34,337 bases of DNA from an uncultured Candidatus Saccharibacteria bacterium (GCA_964348775.1 CAYGDR010000001.1:1-34337); one strand, 5' to 3'. Numbered from the stretch's first letter, positions 8,781-18,188 are shown. The notes: a model not told the origin generated them from the sequence alone. A program made the numbers and translations.

Positions 8781-10200
8781 AATACATATAAATCAGGACT
8801 ACAAGCCAAAACGGAAAATTTGGTATTGTAAGTGAAGCAAATGGAATTTTTGAAAAGAATTCTATTGTTCCAAGCTCGTAGTGCAAAAACAAATAGGATA
8901 TCAATCCAAAAGGCACCGCAAGAGTGTAATGGAATAGCCCGGCAAAACCCGTAAGAAAACCAAACACCATGGTGATAGGTATAAAAGGCAGGATAAAAAC
9001 ATTTGCGGGCAAGGCTACAAGCGAAAGATTGCCCATTTTATATAAAATAAACGGCAGGACAAAAATGTAAGCGGCAAATGTGATAGATATTACCTCGCGC
9101 AGGCCGAATTTTTTCGGCATCCACATAAAATATTTCTCTACTCTAGGTGCAAGGAATATAACCGCAACTGTTGCAATAAAAGAAAGCTGGAAAGACACGT
9201 CATGGACAAGCACAAATGGATTCCAGGCTATCATTGCTACTCCTACCACGAGGAGCGCTCGGGCAATATCATAATTGCGCCCTGTGGCCCGAGCCACCAG
9301 GGCAAGCACCGCCATAATTCCTGCCCGCACAGCCGTGGACTGCCCGCCGGACATAACAACAAAAAGCAAAATTCCCAGAATACCTGCGCCGAAGGCAAAA
9401 TTTATGGGCAGGAAAGCAAATATTTTCATAATCCATTCAGCCACAATTGTGACATTTTGGCCGGAGAGAGCGACTATGTGGACAGTGCCGGTATTTATAA
9501 GATTTTGCCTCATTTCCTCGCTAAATGAGGCCCTTTCGCCTAATATAAGCCCACCCATTAGGGCATTTTCTGGGCTCTGTACGGCAAAATTGATTTTCTC
9601 TAAAAATGTATTTTTAACTGAAAACAGCAGGCGCTTTAGGGGGTTTCCATGCCCTCTGTCAATAATCTCTACTTCTGGATAATACATTGCGTAAAAAATT
9701 CCGTCTTTCTTTAAATAATTCACATAATCAAACTCTTTGCCTTGGTCGGTGATAAAATTTTCGGGCTTTTCGAGTTCGCCCTTTAAAATTATCGCATCGC
9801 CGTATTCATAATCATCCTCTACGGGAAGATACGCGAGAATTTTCGTCTTCTCGTCTTCGTCTATCTCTAAAGTCAGTTTTTGATTATCTTCGGTTCGCAC
9901 TGGCTCATCTATTATGATCCCCGCAAAAGAAGCTTTTTTGCCGACTTGTGATTCAAAAATATCCGGTGCTGGCTGATCTGCAAGATGAAACCTAAAAATT
10001 CCCAGACAAAATGCCAAAATTAAAATTGAAAACAAAATTCCTGACTGATTTTTGGAAACCGAAATAAAAAACAAAAATAATCCAGCTCCAAGGACCGCGA
10101 GCGCAAGAATAAAATAAAAATTGAGCAACAAAAAAGATCGTAAAAGCACTCCTAGAATAAAACCAAAGCAAACCGAATAAAAAATCCTATCCGGCATCAA
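8689..10200 (-). CDS. comEC: ComEC/Rec2 DNA-uptake channel protein (membrane competence domain, no MBL domain)
   Basis: 503 aa, polytopic. It has a DUF4131-like N-terminal region and a competence-domain block (GTVHIVALSGQNVTIV). Its 3' end overlaps the convergent SOD-like gene by 92 nt. Confidence 0.8.
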   Translation of the reverse strand: MMPDRIFYSVCFGFILGVLLRSFLLLNFYFILALAVLGAGLFLFFISVSKNQSGILFSILILAFCLGIFRFHLADQPAPDIFESQVGKKASFAGIIIDEPVRTEDNQKLTLEIDEDEKTKILAYLPVEDDYEYGDAIILKGELEKPENFITDQGKEFDYVNYLKKDGIFYAMYYPEVEIIDRGHGNPLKRLLFSVKNTFLEKINFAVQSPENALMGGLILGERASFSEEMRQNLINTGTVHIVALSGQNVTIVAEWIMKIFAFLPINFAFGAGILGILLFVVMSGGQSTAVRAGIMAVLALVARATGRNYDIARALLVVGVAMIAWNPFVLVHDVSFQLSFIATVAVIFLAPRVEKYFMWMPKKFGLREVISITFAAYIFVLPFILYKMGNLSLVALPANVFILPFIPITMVFGFLTGFAGLFHYTLAVPFGLISYLFLHYELGTIEFFSKIPFASLTIPNFPFWLVVLIYMYFTWRLFGSFLRPQPNLDSQKRLQHIFSSQK

Positions 10201-10651
10201 GTTCCACTGGCTCGCCGTCGGCGAAACTGGTGGCGATCAGATCCGCACGGTCGTTGTATTTGTCTTCGTTGTGGCCTTTCACATAGCTCCATTTTGGCTT
10301 TAGTTCCTGATTGAGCGCATAAAGCTCGCGCCAGAGTTCCTGATTTAAGACTGGCTTGTTTGCGGCAGTGCGCCAATTGTTCTTCTGCCAGTTTGTCATC
10401 CATTCGGTAATGCCCAATATTACATATTTAGAATCTGAAACTATCTCAATACGGAGGCGTTGCCTCCGTATCTCTGAATTTTTGACATATTTAAGAGCTT
10501 CAATAGGCGCGGTAAGCTCCATCTGATTGTTTGTGGCATGATCCGCTCTCCCGCCGATCTCAAAAACTTTTTTGTCAATTAAAAAAACAGCTCCCCAGCC
10601 TGCCTTTCCTGGATTCCCCCTCGCCGCTCCGTCAGTGTAAATCTTTATCAT
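10187..10651 (-). CDS. rnhA: Ribonuclease HI
   Basis: 154 aa. IYTDGAARGNPG, NNQMEL, SDSKY and NDRADLIA catalytic DEDD context. Confidence 0.9.
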   Translation of the reverse strand: MIKIYTDGAARGNPGKAGWGAVFLIDKKVFEIGGRADHATNNQMELTAPIEALKYVKNSEIRRQRLRIEIVSDSKYVILGITEWMTNWQKNNWRTAANKPVLNQELWRELYALNQELKPKWSYVKGHNEDKYNDRADLIATSFADGEPVELDAG

Positions 10652-10653
10652 AG

Positions 10654-12315
10654 CTATAGTATATCAACTACTCTTAGTCTTAGCTCCTCCCTGCCTCGAA
10701 AACGGGACAAGTCGAATGTTGCTAGAAGATTTACTATTTTATCTTTTTCAAGCGGGGTTTTAAATGAATCTAAGCCGGAAAAAAAAGAGACTGCCACGGC
10801 TTTATTCCTGTCCCCATCAGAAAAAATTATCTCCAGGTGCTCGCCGGAGCCATTTTTGCCGAATTTTTTCAAATTCTCAATTTTCACTCCCGGAAATGAA
10901 AAAACCGGTTTCTCGTTGCCTAAGCCAAACGGAGAAAGTTTCTCAATTTCTTTCCAATTTTTTGTTTTTACAAGCGAAAGATCAGAAGTCATATCGAAAG
11001 AAGCACTGTTATCGGCTTTCGATCTTTTTACTTTTCCAAATGATTGAGAAAGCGCATCTTCTAAAAAGTGAACTTTGTCGGTATGGATGGTAAATCCTCC
11101 TGCAAGCTCGTGCCCACCGAAATCGAGGAAATATTCTTTTGTTTCGGTCATAAGCTCCACCACTGACACAGAGCCATCACTCCTGCAGGAGCCTTTGATC
11201 GAATCATTATCGTCCTTGCCCCAGACAAAAACAGGCTTTTGATACAAATCAGACACTTTTCCCGCAACCAAGCCGAGCACTCCCACCCGCCAAGCAGGAT
11301 TGCCTATTACTATCACTTCTTTTTCTTCTCTCAAAGGACTCATGTCGAATTTTTTATTCACCTCGCGCATTATGCCAGTGACAATAGTCTTTCTTTCATC
11401 ATTTATTTTAGACAAATGGTCTGCAAGTACCCCAGCCTCCTTTGGATCATCGGTGGAAAGAAGCTCAAACGCCCGCATTGGGTTATCCATGCGGGAAGCG
11501 GCGTTGAGCCGAGGGGTCAGCATGTAGCCGATATCGTCTTCGGAGAGATATCTTTGATCTATATTCATTTTTGCGAGAAGCTTCTGCAAACCCGGTCTTC
11601 CAGATTTGCGGATGACCTTCATGCCAAAATGCGCGATGGCGCGGTTTTCTCCGGTGAGCGGAACCATGTCAGACAAGGTGGCAAGCCCAGCCATGTCTAG
11701 CATCCACTTCTCCGCACCTGGCCGGACTTTGAAATATTCGCCATATTTTTTTAGGAATCCTTGTGCCAGCTTGAAGGCCACGCCAGAACCGCAGAGCATT
11801 TTTTCCGGATAATTATCTACCTTTGGATTTAAAATCGCATAAGCGCGAGGCAGATTTTCTTGGGGCAAGTGATGGTCTGTGATGATCACATCCATGCCAT
11901 CGGCTTCCGCCTGTGCCACTTCAGAAAGCGCGGTAATGCCCAAGTCGACAGTGATGATAAGCTTGGTATTTGTCTTGGAAAACTGCCTGATTGCCTCCAT
12001 GTTTAGGCCATAGCCTTCGGAATTTCTCTGCGGGATATAAACTTCAAAATTTTTATAGCCGATAAGCTTGAAAAGGTCTTGCAAAATCACGGCTCCCGGC
12101 ACGCCGTCGCAGTCGTAGTCCGCATAAATGACTATTTTTTCTCCTCGGTCCACCGCTTCAAATATGCGCACGCAGGCGCGCTCCATATCCCGCATCAGAA
12201 ATGGATCATGAAAATCGCGCTCATAGTCGGGGTTTAGGAAAATCTCTGCCTCTTCTTCGCCAGAAATGCCCCGTTTTAGAAGAAGCTCTCTCAATAATTC
12301 CCCATATTTTTCCAT
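10654..12315 (-). CDS. recJ: Single-stranded-DNA-specific exonuclease RecJ
   Basis: DHH motifs (YADYDCDGV, TVDLGI, ITDHH) and a DHHA1 GGHELAGG motif. I place the start at Met53 of the tracked ORF (MEKYGELL..., ATG at 12313..12315), which avoids overlapping the divergent HIT gene. Confidence 0.88.
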   Translation of the reverse strand: MEKYGELLRELLLKRGISGEEEAEIFLNPDYERDFHDPFLMRDMERACVRIFEAVDRGEKIVIYADYDCDGVPGAVILQDLFKLIGYKNFEVYIPQRNSEGYGLNMEAIRQFSKTNTKLIITVDLGITALSEVAQAEADGMDVIITDHHLPQENLPRAYAILNPKVDNYPEKMLCGSGVAFKLAQGFLKKYGEYFKVRPGAEKWMLDMAGLATLSDMVPLTGENRAIAHFGMKVIRKSGRPGLQKLLAKMNIDQRYLSEDDIGYMLTPRLNAASRMDNPMRAFELLSTDDPKEAGVLADHLSKINDERKTIVTGIMREVNKKFDMSPLREEKEVIVIGNPAWRVGVLGLVAGKVSDLYQKPVFVWGKDDNDSIKGSCRSDGSVSVVELMTETKEYFLDFGGHELAGGFTIHTDKVHFLEDALSQSFGKVKRSKADNSASFDMTSDLSLVKTKNWKEIEKLSPFGLGNEKPVFSFPGVKIENLKKFGKNGSGEHLEIIFSDGDRNKAVAVSFFSGLDSFKTPLEKDKIVNLLATFDLSRFRGREELRLRVVDIL

Positions 12316-12351
12316 TGGGAAAATTCTAGCATAATTTGATATAATATACTC

Positions 12352-12768
12352 ATGACCGATAATAATTGCATATTCTGCAAAATAGTGGCCCGAGAAATAC
12401 CTGCTACGATAATCCACGAAGATGAGACCACGCTGGGACTTTTGGACATTGCGCCTGTAAATATAGGCCATGCGCTAGTAATACCAAAGGCGCACTACAA
12501 AAATATATACGAAACACCCGAGGAGATAATGACCGACATGATGAAAACAGTAAAAAAGCTCTCAAAAGCCATAAAAGAAGGCTTGAAGGCCGACGGCATA
12601 AATGTAACCATGAACAACGACCCCGCGGCCGGCCAGATAATATTTCATTCTCATATTCACATCATCCCCAGAATTGCAGACGACGGTTTTGGCCACTGGA
12701 AAGGCAAAAGAGGCTACCAGGAAGGAGAAAAAGACGAAGTAGTGAAAAAAATCACTGAAGCGCTTTAA
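12352..12768 (+). CDS. HIT-family (histidine triad) nucleotide hydrolase
   Basis: 138 aa. HSHIHIIP histidine triad. A TGaTATAAT extended -10 (12337..12345) lies 6 nt before the ATG. Confidence 0.88.
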   Translation: MTDNNCIFCKIVAREIPATIIHEDETTLGLLDIAPVNIGHALVIPKAHYKNIYETPEEIMTDMMKTVKKLSKAIKEGLKADGINVTMNNDPAAGQIIFHSHIHIIPRIADDGFGHWKGKRGYQEGEKDEVVKKITEAL

Positions 12769-12886
12769 ACCTTTGACAAACGAGCCTAATAAACTCATAC
12801 TTTCTTTGGAGTTGCCTAACCGCCACACGGATGCGATACGCATCACGATGTAGGACGAGTACTGGCAATGGAAAAAGGGTACCTAA

Positions 12887-13540
12887 GTGGAGACTTGGGA
12901 AATCGCACTGGTGGAATGCCTGCTCTTTGTTGGCCTGGCCTTTGCCTTACGGAGTTTTGTCAGGTACACGAAGGAGAAGACCGACATCGAAAAGGCGGAA
13001 AAAGATCGGGTAACCTACAACTGCCAGCGCATTGAATGGGCGGCAGAACACGGTCCATATTTTTGCGAAAATGTGGTCAGAGACAGTCTGGTCCTGGTGC
13101 GAAGGGATCTCTGCGAGGCAGAATACGCCGCATGGGAAGAACGGGTCAAGTCCGGACAAACTAAGCCGTACGACTCGATTGAGCTCGTGATCAAGCCGGC
13201 ATTCGTATTCCTCAAAGACAAATCCGCTCGCGACCATTTCATGTATGTCGGCTCATGGAAAGATGCCAAAAACTTGAAGCTGGAAGTGCTCCGACGCCTC
13301 AGCGGCCTCACCAAAGAAGAGTTTGAAGAGGCACAAAAGAGCAATTTTTGGCGATACAAGACTCACGGGTTCAAGGCCATGATCTACAGCACGACACAAC
13401 AAGTAGACAACATCCTTGTTCCTTTCGTTTCAAAAAAGGATCGCGAATGGCAAGCAGCGATGTTCGGTCAGCCAACCCTCGAGGAGGCGCGAACTAACTT
13501 GTTCGAGAAATTGCCGTCGCCCCTCAATACCGAGAACTAA
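12887..13540 (+). CDS. Hypothetical membrane-anchored protein on a GC-rich island
   Basis: 217 aa, GTG start, one N-terminal hydrophobic helix and no recognisable motif. GC is markedly higher than its neighbours (35 of 60 in the line at 13081 by hand count). Confidence 0.5.
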   Translation: METWEIALVECLLFVGLAFALRSFVRYTKEKTDIEKAEKDRVTYNCQRIEWAAEHGPYFCENVVRDSLVLVRRDLCEAEYAAWEERVKSGQTKPYDSIELVIKPAFVFLKDKSARDHFMYVGSWKDAKNLKLEVLRRLSGLTKEEFEEAQKSNFWRYKTHGFKAMIYSTTQQVDNILVPFVSKKDREWQAAMFGQPTLEEARTNLFEKLPSPLNTEN

Positions 13541-13615
13541 AAAACAGCAGGCGCGCCCAAGAGCTACCTGGGACGAACTCAGCGCACTGAGTAAAAATTA
13601 AATCGATGCATGTCG

Positions 13616-13644
13616 GCTGGCGAACCGGAGGGTATCGCCAGCCT
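13616..13644 (+). terminator. Hairpin between convergent genes (GGCTGGCGA-N11-TCGCCAGCC)
   Basis: Perfect 9-bp GC-rich stem followed by TTTCAAC. It lies between the 12887..13540 gene and the pgk stop. The T-run is weak. Confidence 0.5.
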
Positions 13645-13650
13645 TTCAAC

Positions 13651-14853
13651 TTACTGAAGCGCTTTAAGGGCCGGAAGTTCTTTGCCGGCTAAAAATTCCA
13701 GCGTGGCGCCAGCGGCAAGGCTCACATGAGAATAGGATTCGAGACTGCTAAATTCTCTTGCCGCCTCTATGGTATCGCCTCCTGCAATAATAGTCGTGCC
13801 TTTGACATTTTTCATGGCCAAAAGCACTGCACGAGTGCCTTCTTTCATTTTATCGGTTTCGAACTTGCCCATCGGTCCGGCCAAAAGCACGGTTTTTGAC
13901 TTGTTTATAAAATCAGAAAAAAATTCTTGTGTTCTGGGGCCGATGTCTAGCGCCATCCATCCATCCGGCACATCTTCGCTCGCTTCAATTATTTTTATCA
14001 GATTCCCGTCTGAAACAAACAGGTCTACGGGCAAAACAATTTTTTCCTTATTCAAATTTAAAATTTCACCCGCATAAACCACCCAATCTTTTTTTTCTCG
14101 CCTTTCGCTGTCCACAAAAACATCCTCGACAAATGAACTGCCCAGCTTCCTGCCGAGCGCTTTCAAGAAAACATTCGCAAGCGCTCCGCCTATCAAGACT
14201 TTGTCTGCTTTTGGCAAAAGATTGTTGATTGAATCAATTTTATCTGAAATTTTTGCTCCCCCCACTACAAACAAAAAAGGTTTTTCTGGGTTTTCTAAAA
14301 GATTTGAGAGCGATTCTACTTCGCTCTTTAAATAAAGGCCGGCCACCGCGGGCAAATGCCGCTCTATGCCTGTGGTAGAAGCATGCGCCCGATGCGCCTG
14401 CGGAAAACCGTCAAACACGATATAATCCTTACCTTCGCAAAGTTCTTTTGCAAATTCGTTATTGTCGATCATTTCTTCCTTATGGAAACGGACATTCTCA
14501 AGCATTAAAAGCTCTCCGCTCTTTAGCTTTTTCACTTTTTCAAGCACTTCTCGGCCCACGCAATCATCAACCTTCTGCACTGGCTTTCCCAACAGCTCAG
14601 AAAGTTTTTTCGCATGAGCCGTAGTGCGCAGGCTCTCCACTACTTGCCCATCCGGCCTTTTTACATAAGTTAAAATGACAATCTTGCAATTTTGCTCAAT
14701 CAAATATTTGAGCGTAGGCAAGGTCGCCCTTATGCGAAGATCGTCCGACACCTCTAAAGCTCCATTCACTTCCTTTGTGCCTATATCATAAGGCGCACGG
14801 TAAAGAATGGTTTTATTTTTCAAATCTGCGCTCTCAAGTGCTTTTAGTCTCAT
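13651..14853 (-). CDS. pgk: Phosphoglycerate kinase
   Basis: 400 aa. N-terminal RAPYD..., the FVVGGAKISDKI hinge motif and a C-terminal GGDT motif. Confidence 0.93.
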   Translation of the reverse strand: MRLKALESADLKNKTILYRAPYDIGTKEVNGALEVSDDLRIRATLPTLKYLIEQNCKIVILTYVKRPDGQVVESLRTTAHAKKLSELLGKPVQKVDDCVGREVLEKVKKLKSGELLMLENVRFHKEEMIDNNEFAKELCEGKDYIVFDGFPQAHRAHASTTGIERHLPAVAGLYLKSEVESLSNLLENPEKPFLFVVGGAKISDKIDSINNLLPKADKVLIGGALANVFLKALGRKLGSSFVEDVFVDSERREKKDWVVYAGEILNLNKEKIVLPVDLFVSDGNLIKIIEASEDVPDGWMALDIGPRTQEFFSDFINKSKTVLLAGPMGKFETDKMKEGTRAVLLAMKNVKGTTIIAGGDTIEAAREFSSLESYSHVSLAAGATLEFLAGKELPALKALQ

Positions 14854-15632
14854 AGGCTATCCGCTACTTCTACAATTTTTACAAACTTCTCTGCTGTTAA
14901 GCTTGCTTTGCCCGGCAAAACTCCGTCAACCCCGCCGTTTCTTAAAAAATCTTCGGCATCTTTTTCATTTACCGAACCCCCGTAAATTATTTTTGCTTTA
15001 TTTGCAATTTCCAGACCTGCCATGTCAGAGATAACTTTTCGGATAAAAATGGCCATTTCTTCAGAATCTTTGGCGGTAGCATCTCGGCGATTTGCCGTGC
15101 TTGATAGCGCCCAAACTGGCTCGTAGGCAATAATTATTTTTGAAATCAGGCTTTTATTTATGCCAGCTAGGCATTCTTTGATCTGAGTCCTGACTATGCT
15201 GAAATATTCATGGTTTTCATCTCTATGGTCTTCGCCTACACACAATATGGGGGTAAGGGAGGCAGAAAGAGCAGATTTTAATTTTTTATTTATAAAAAGA
15301 TTATTTTCTCCCAGGGCTCGCCTCTCCGAATGGCCCAAGATCACATATCTCGCACCCATTTCGTAGAGCATTTCTGGAGAAATTTCTCCTGTAAAAGCGC
15401 CGGTTTCGCCCACAAAAGCATTCTGCGCTCCAAGAGAAATTTTTCTAGTCTGCCGGCTGGCAGATTTTAACCCTTCTAGGTAAATATTAGGAGGGCAGAT
15501 GACTACAGAAGTTTTTTTTGTTCTGGCCACCCCTTTTGCAACAGCTTTGAAAAGCTTGTCTGCTTCTTGGGCCGTAAGAGGATTCATCTTCCAATTCCCG
15601 CATACTATTTTGCCTGCTATCTTTTTTGCCAT
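14850..15632 (-). CDS. tpiA: Triose-phosphate isomerase
   Basis: 260 aa. GNWKMN, LGHSERR, AYEPVWA and YGGSV motifs. It overlaps the pgk start by 4 nt. Confidence 0.93.
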   Translation of the reverse strand: MAKKIAGKIVCGNWKMNPLTAQEADKLFKAVAKGVARTKKTSVVICPPNIYLEGLKSASRQTRKISLGAQNAFVGETGAFTGEISPEMLYEMGARYVILGHSERRALGENNLFINKKLKSALSASLTPILCVGEDHRDENHEYFSIVRTQIKECLAGINKSLISKIIIAYEPVWALSSTANRRDATAKDSEEMAIFIRKVISDMAGLEIANKAKIIYGGSVNEKDAEDFLRNGGVDGVLPGKASLTAEKFVKIVEVADSL

Positions 15633-15674
15633 TTTTCTATTCTAGCACCTAGAACCTAGAACCTACAAACTGGC

Positions 15675-17042
15675 TTATTGATCTTCTTTCCACTCGTCCA
15701 CAAACCAGCCACCCGACGGCCCGCCGGAGAAATTAATGTTGGCAAGACCGGATTCATAGCTTATTACCGCTCCGTTGCTTAAGTGGATTTTATATGCGGT
15801 TACTTCCTTCATAGTAGCGTTATTTGAAATTTCCACCACGCCTTCCGGCGCGTAAAGTATGGCGCTTGAAGCATTGTTGGATTGAGTTATGGCGGTAGAG
15901 CTCGTGTTGTTTCTCTGGGAGAGGACCAGCATGTAGGACCCGGCAGTTCCGGACCCTTGGGCTTCAGAATTATTGCTAAATGTGATCTCCCCAGCCGAAC
16001 TGCTCCCTCCAGTACCCGCAATTATTACTCCGCTTAGCGCGCCATAGCTTAGATCCAGCTTGATCATTGAACCGTTGCTCGCATTGATGGTCCCGGTGAC
16101 CCATACGGTGCCAGTAAGAATGAGCGTGGCATTATTTGAAAGGGTTAAGTTGCCATTGATTTTTTTGGGGCCTAAAAAAGCAGCGTCGTCGTCGAGGGTA
16201 TAACTATTGATTGTGCCACCGGCTGTAGCATCCGCCTCCCATGCATCTATTTGCTCTTCGGAGATTGGGAATTCCTCTGCCACTGGATCCTCGAAATTGC
16301 TAAGATTGGGAGTGGTTTGGGTGCCGCTTACTGTGCAGTTGGTTTTCGTATCATATGTAGCGCTTCCATTGATAGTGCAATCAGAAATACTGTCTGATAC
16401 GGCATTTCCTGAAACTGTCGCACGAAGCAGGCTGGCCGAACTAGTAGAACCATTCACTGTAATATCTTCAAGAAAATGGGCTGTAGCATTTTGATCCACT
16501 TGTATTGCGTCGATCTTGCCGGTAGCTCCAGTCGCAATTGCGGTGCCGGTGATTCGAGCACCGTTATTCCCAACAATATTTCCGTTTGAGTAGACATTGC
16601 CGTTTACTTGCGAATTATTATCCATCCGCAAACCTCCCGCTCCCACCTGTACGCCATAGCCGAAAGAAACTCCAGGAGCGGTAGAAATGGTGATTTTTGT
16701 TTTTCTTTGCAAGCTAGAAACATTCCCAAGAGAGCTGATTTCTTTTTCGCTGGCAGAAACTGCAGTGATGGTAGTGGTGGCAGAATTTGAGTTTAGGGTA
16801 ATGGTCTCGCTTGCACCTATGGTCATGCTTTTTTTTATGCGGTATACCGCATCCTCGCTTCCAGACTCGGACAAGAAATAAGACTTTTTGGAATTTAGAT
16901 TTACATTTGCCGTGCGAAACTCGCGCACAGAGGGCGAAACCAGCCCGGCGATAATGGCAAGCGAGATGAAAAGGAAGAAAATCACGGCCACCAGCATGGC
17001 TGCACCTCTAGTTGTCTTGATTTTTTGTCCTGATTTTTTCAT
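15675..17042 (-). CDS. PilX-N-like pilus-associated protein with Ser/Thr/Asn/Gly-rich beta-helix-like body (putative tip or adhesin component)
   Basis: 455 aa. N-terminal RGAAMLVAVIFFLFISLAIIAG anchor as in PilX_N domains, then repetitive NG/SG/TG-rich segments. It is the last gene of the pilin block. Confidence 0.55.
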   Translation of the reverse strand: MKKSGQKIKTTRGAAMLVAVIFFLFISLAIIAGLVSPSVREFRTANVNLNSKKSYFLSESGSEDAVYRIKKSMTIGASETITLNSNSATTTITAVSASEKEISSLGNVSSLQRKTKITISTAPGVSFGYGVQVGAGGLRMDNNSQVNGNVYSNGNIVGNNGARITGTAIATGATGKIDAIQVDQNATAHFLEDITVNGSTSSASLLRATVSGNAVSDSISDCTINGSATYDTKTNCTVSGTQTTPNLSNFEDPVAEEFPISEEQIDAWEADATAGGTINSYTLDDDAAFLGPKKINGNLTLSNNATLILTGTVWVTGTINASNGSMIKLDLSYGALSGVIIAGTGGSSSAGEITFSNNSEAQGSGTAGSYMLVLSQRNNTSSTAITQSNNASSAILYAPEGVVEISNNATMKEVTAYKIHLSNGAVISYESGLANINFSGGPSGGWFVDEWKEDQ

Positions 17043-17055
17043 TTATAATTTTCAA

Positions 17056-17574
17056 TTACTCATCATAGTCTCCGCGGAGTACGACAGTATTATAAAAATC
17101 TGTAGTGCGGCTTAGCGCATCATTATTTGATCGGATAGTCATAAAAATTTTCACCGCCTTGCCTTTTGCAGTAATTATTTCGGCAAAGGAAAGCGCGCTG
17201 ACAGAAAGATTCCCGGGATTTAAATTGCCCAAAAGAACAGAGTTTTCCCGAAATTCCACATTTGTGCCTGCAAGGATAAACTGCACAGTCTTGTTTGCTC
17301 CTCCAGCATCGGTAGAGTTCAAGTTCAAATCAGCCGCGCTTATGGAACCTATTGCATATGCCTGCCGTATCTCACGAGCCATGCGCTCCATGATATTTGC
17401 CCCTCCTAGATGATCAGACTGCACGGTGGTCTCGCGAAAGGCCGTGGTCATAGTAATCATAGAATTTATCACCGCAAGGGAAAGGAGTGCAAATAGAGAG
17501 AGATAGAACAAAAGTTCCACCATTCCATACCCAGAGTTTTTATAAGCTCTGAAATTCTTCTGGTTTTTTATCAT
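17056..17574 (-). CDS. Type IV prepilin-like minor pilin
   Basis: 172 aa. Prepilin leader ...KNSG/YGMVELLFYLSLFALLSL with Glu at +5 after the Gly cleavage site. Confidence 0.7.
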   Translation of the reverse strand: MIKNQKNFRAYKNSGYGMVELLFYLSLFALLSLAVINSMITMTTAFRETTVQSDHLGGANIMERMAREIRQAYAIGSISAADLNLNSTDAGGANKTVQFILAGTNVEFRENSVLLGNLNPGNLSVSALSFAEIITAKGKAVKIFMTIRSNNDALSRTTDFYNTVVLRGDYDE

Positions 17575-18065
17575 GATGAAAAAATATCTAAAATATAAAA
17601 CGACAAGGTTTTTGATACTGCAGTTCCAGTTTCATTCCAAGATACTGTTATCGTAACTAATTTCGTGCCAGGATCATCCGTACCGGATGCGGAAATATCG
17701 TCTGTACTATCGTCTCTATTTACATTTGCAATGCTCACAGTGCGCGTAAAACTTCCTACTGTGTTCGGCGTGGAAGAAAGGGTCCAGGTTCCTCCGAAAA
17801 ATAGAGGATAATAGAGAGACCCTGCTGTCAGATTAGAAATATTTGACCAGGCATTGTCGCGCAAGATCCGCACAGCTTCGGCCCCCTCTTCGAGGAGAAA
17901 GGAGGCCTCGGCTACATGCACTGCCTGCCTTGAAACAAAAATGGATTTTTGGGCCACGGCCATGGCAGCGAGCATGGAAACAGTGATAATGGAAGCTACT
18001 ATCACGACTTCTACCATCAAAAAACCTTTTTGGAAGTTTTTAATTTTGTAATTTCCAATTTTCAT
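17571..18065 (-). CDS. Type IV prepilin-like minor pilin
   Basis: 164 aa. Leader ...FQKG/FLMVEVVIVASIITV with Glu at +5. It overlaps the next gene by 4 nt. Confidence 0.7.
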   Translation of the reverse strand: MKIGNYKIKNFQKGFLMVEVVIVASIITVSMLAAMAVAQKSIFVSRQAVHVAEASFLLEEGAEAVRILRDNAWSNISNLTAGSLYYPLFFGGTWTLSSTPNTVGSFTRTVSIANVNRDDSTDDISASGTDDPGTKLVTITVSWNETGTAVSKTLSFYILDIFSS

Positions 18066-18066
18066 C

Positions 18067-18175
18067 CCGTTAGTAATAGGGCGCGTACGCTTATGCGATG
18101 TTATCTAATATTTTATTGCTAATAATGTGTTTCATGTCTTTGTTGGATTCTATACGTCCGCGATTACTAACGGGA
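18067..18175. repeat. 109-nt intergenic element closed by a long inverted repeat
   Basis: CCCGTTAGTAAT (18067..18078) is the perfect reverse complement of ATTACTAACGGG (18164..18175). After a 4-nt bulge the stem continues as CGCG/CGCG and ACG/CGT. The element fills most of the spacer between the pilin and the minor-pilin genes. Confidence 0.7.
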
Positions 18176-18188
18176 TTCATTAAAAATT

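Noticed and set aside
12316-12471. A 52-codon N-terminal extension of the recJ ORF (tracked start 12471).
   Set aside because: The extension is non-conserved-looking, overlaps the divergent HIT gene and its promoter, and RecJ-like sequence begins at MEKYGELL (start 12315).
723-12846. Numerous 60-150-aa ORFs antisense to argS, glyA, comEC, recJ and other genes.
   Set aside because: Each lies fully within a longer ORF on the opposite strand that has clear family motifs. None has a recognisable motif or expression signals.
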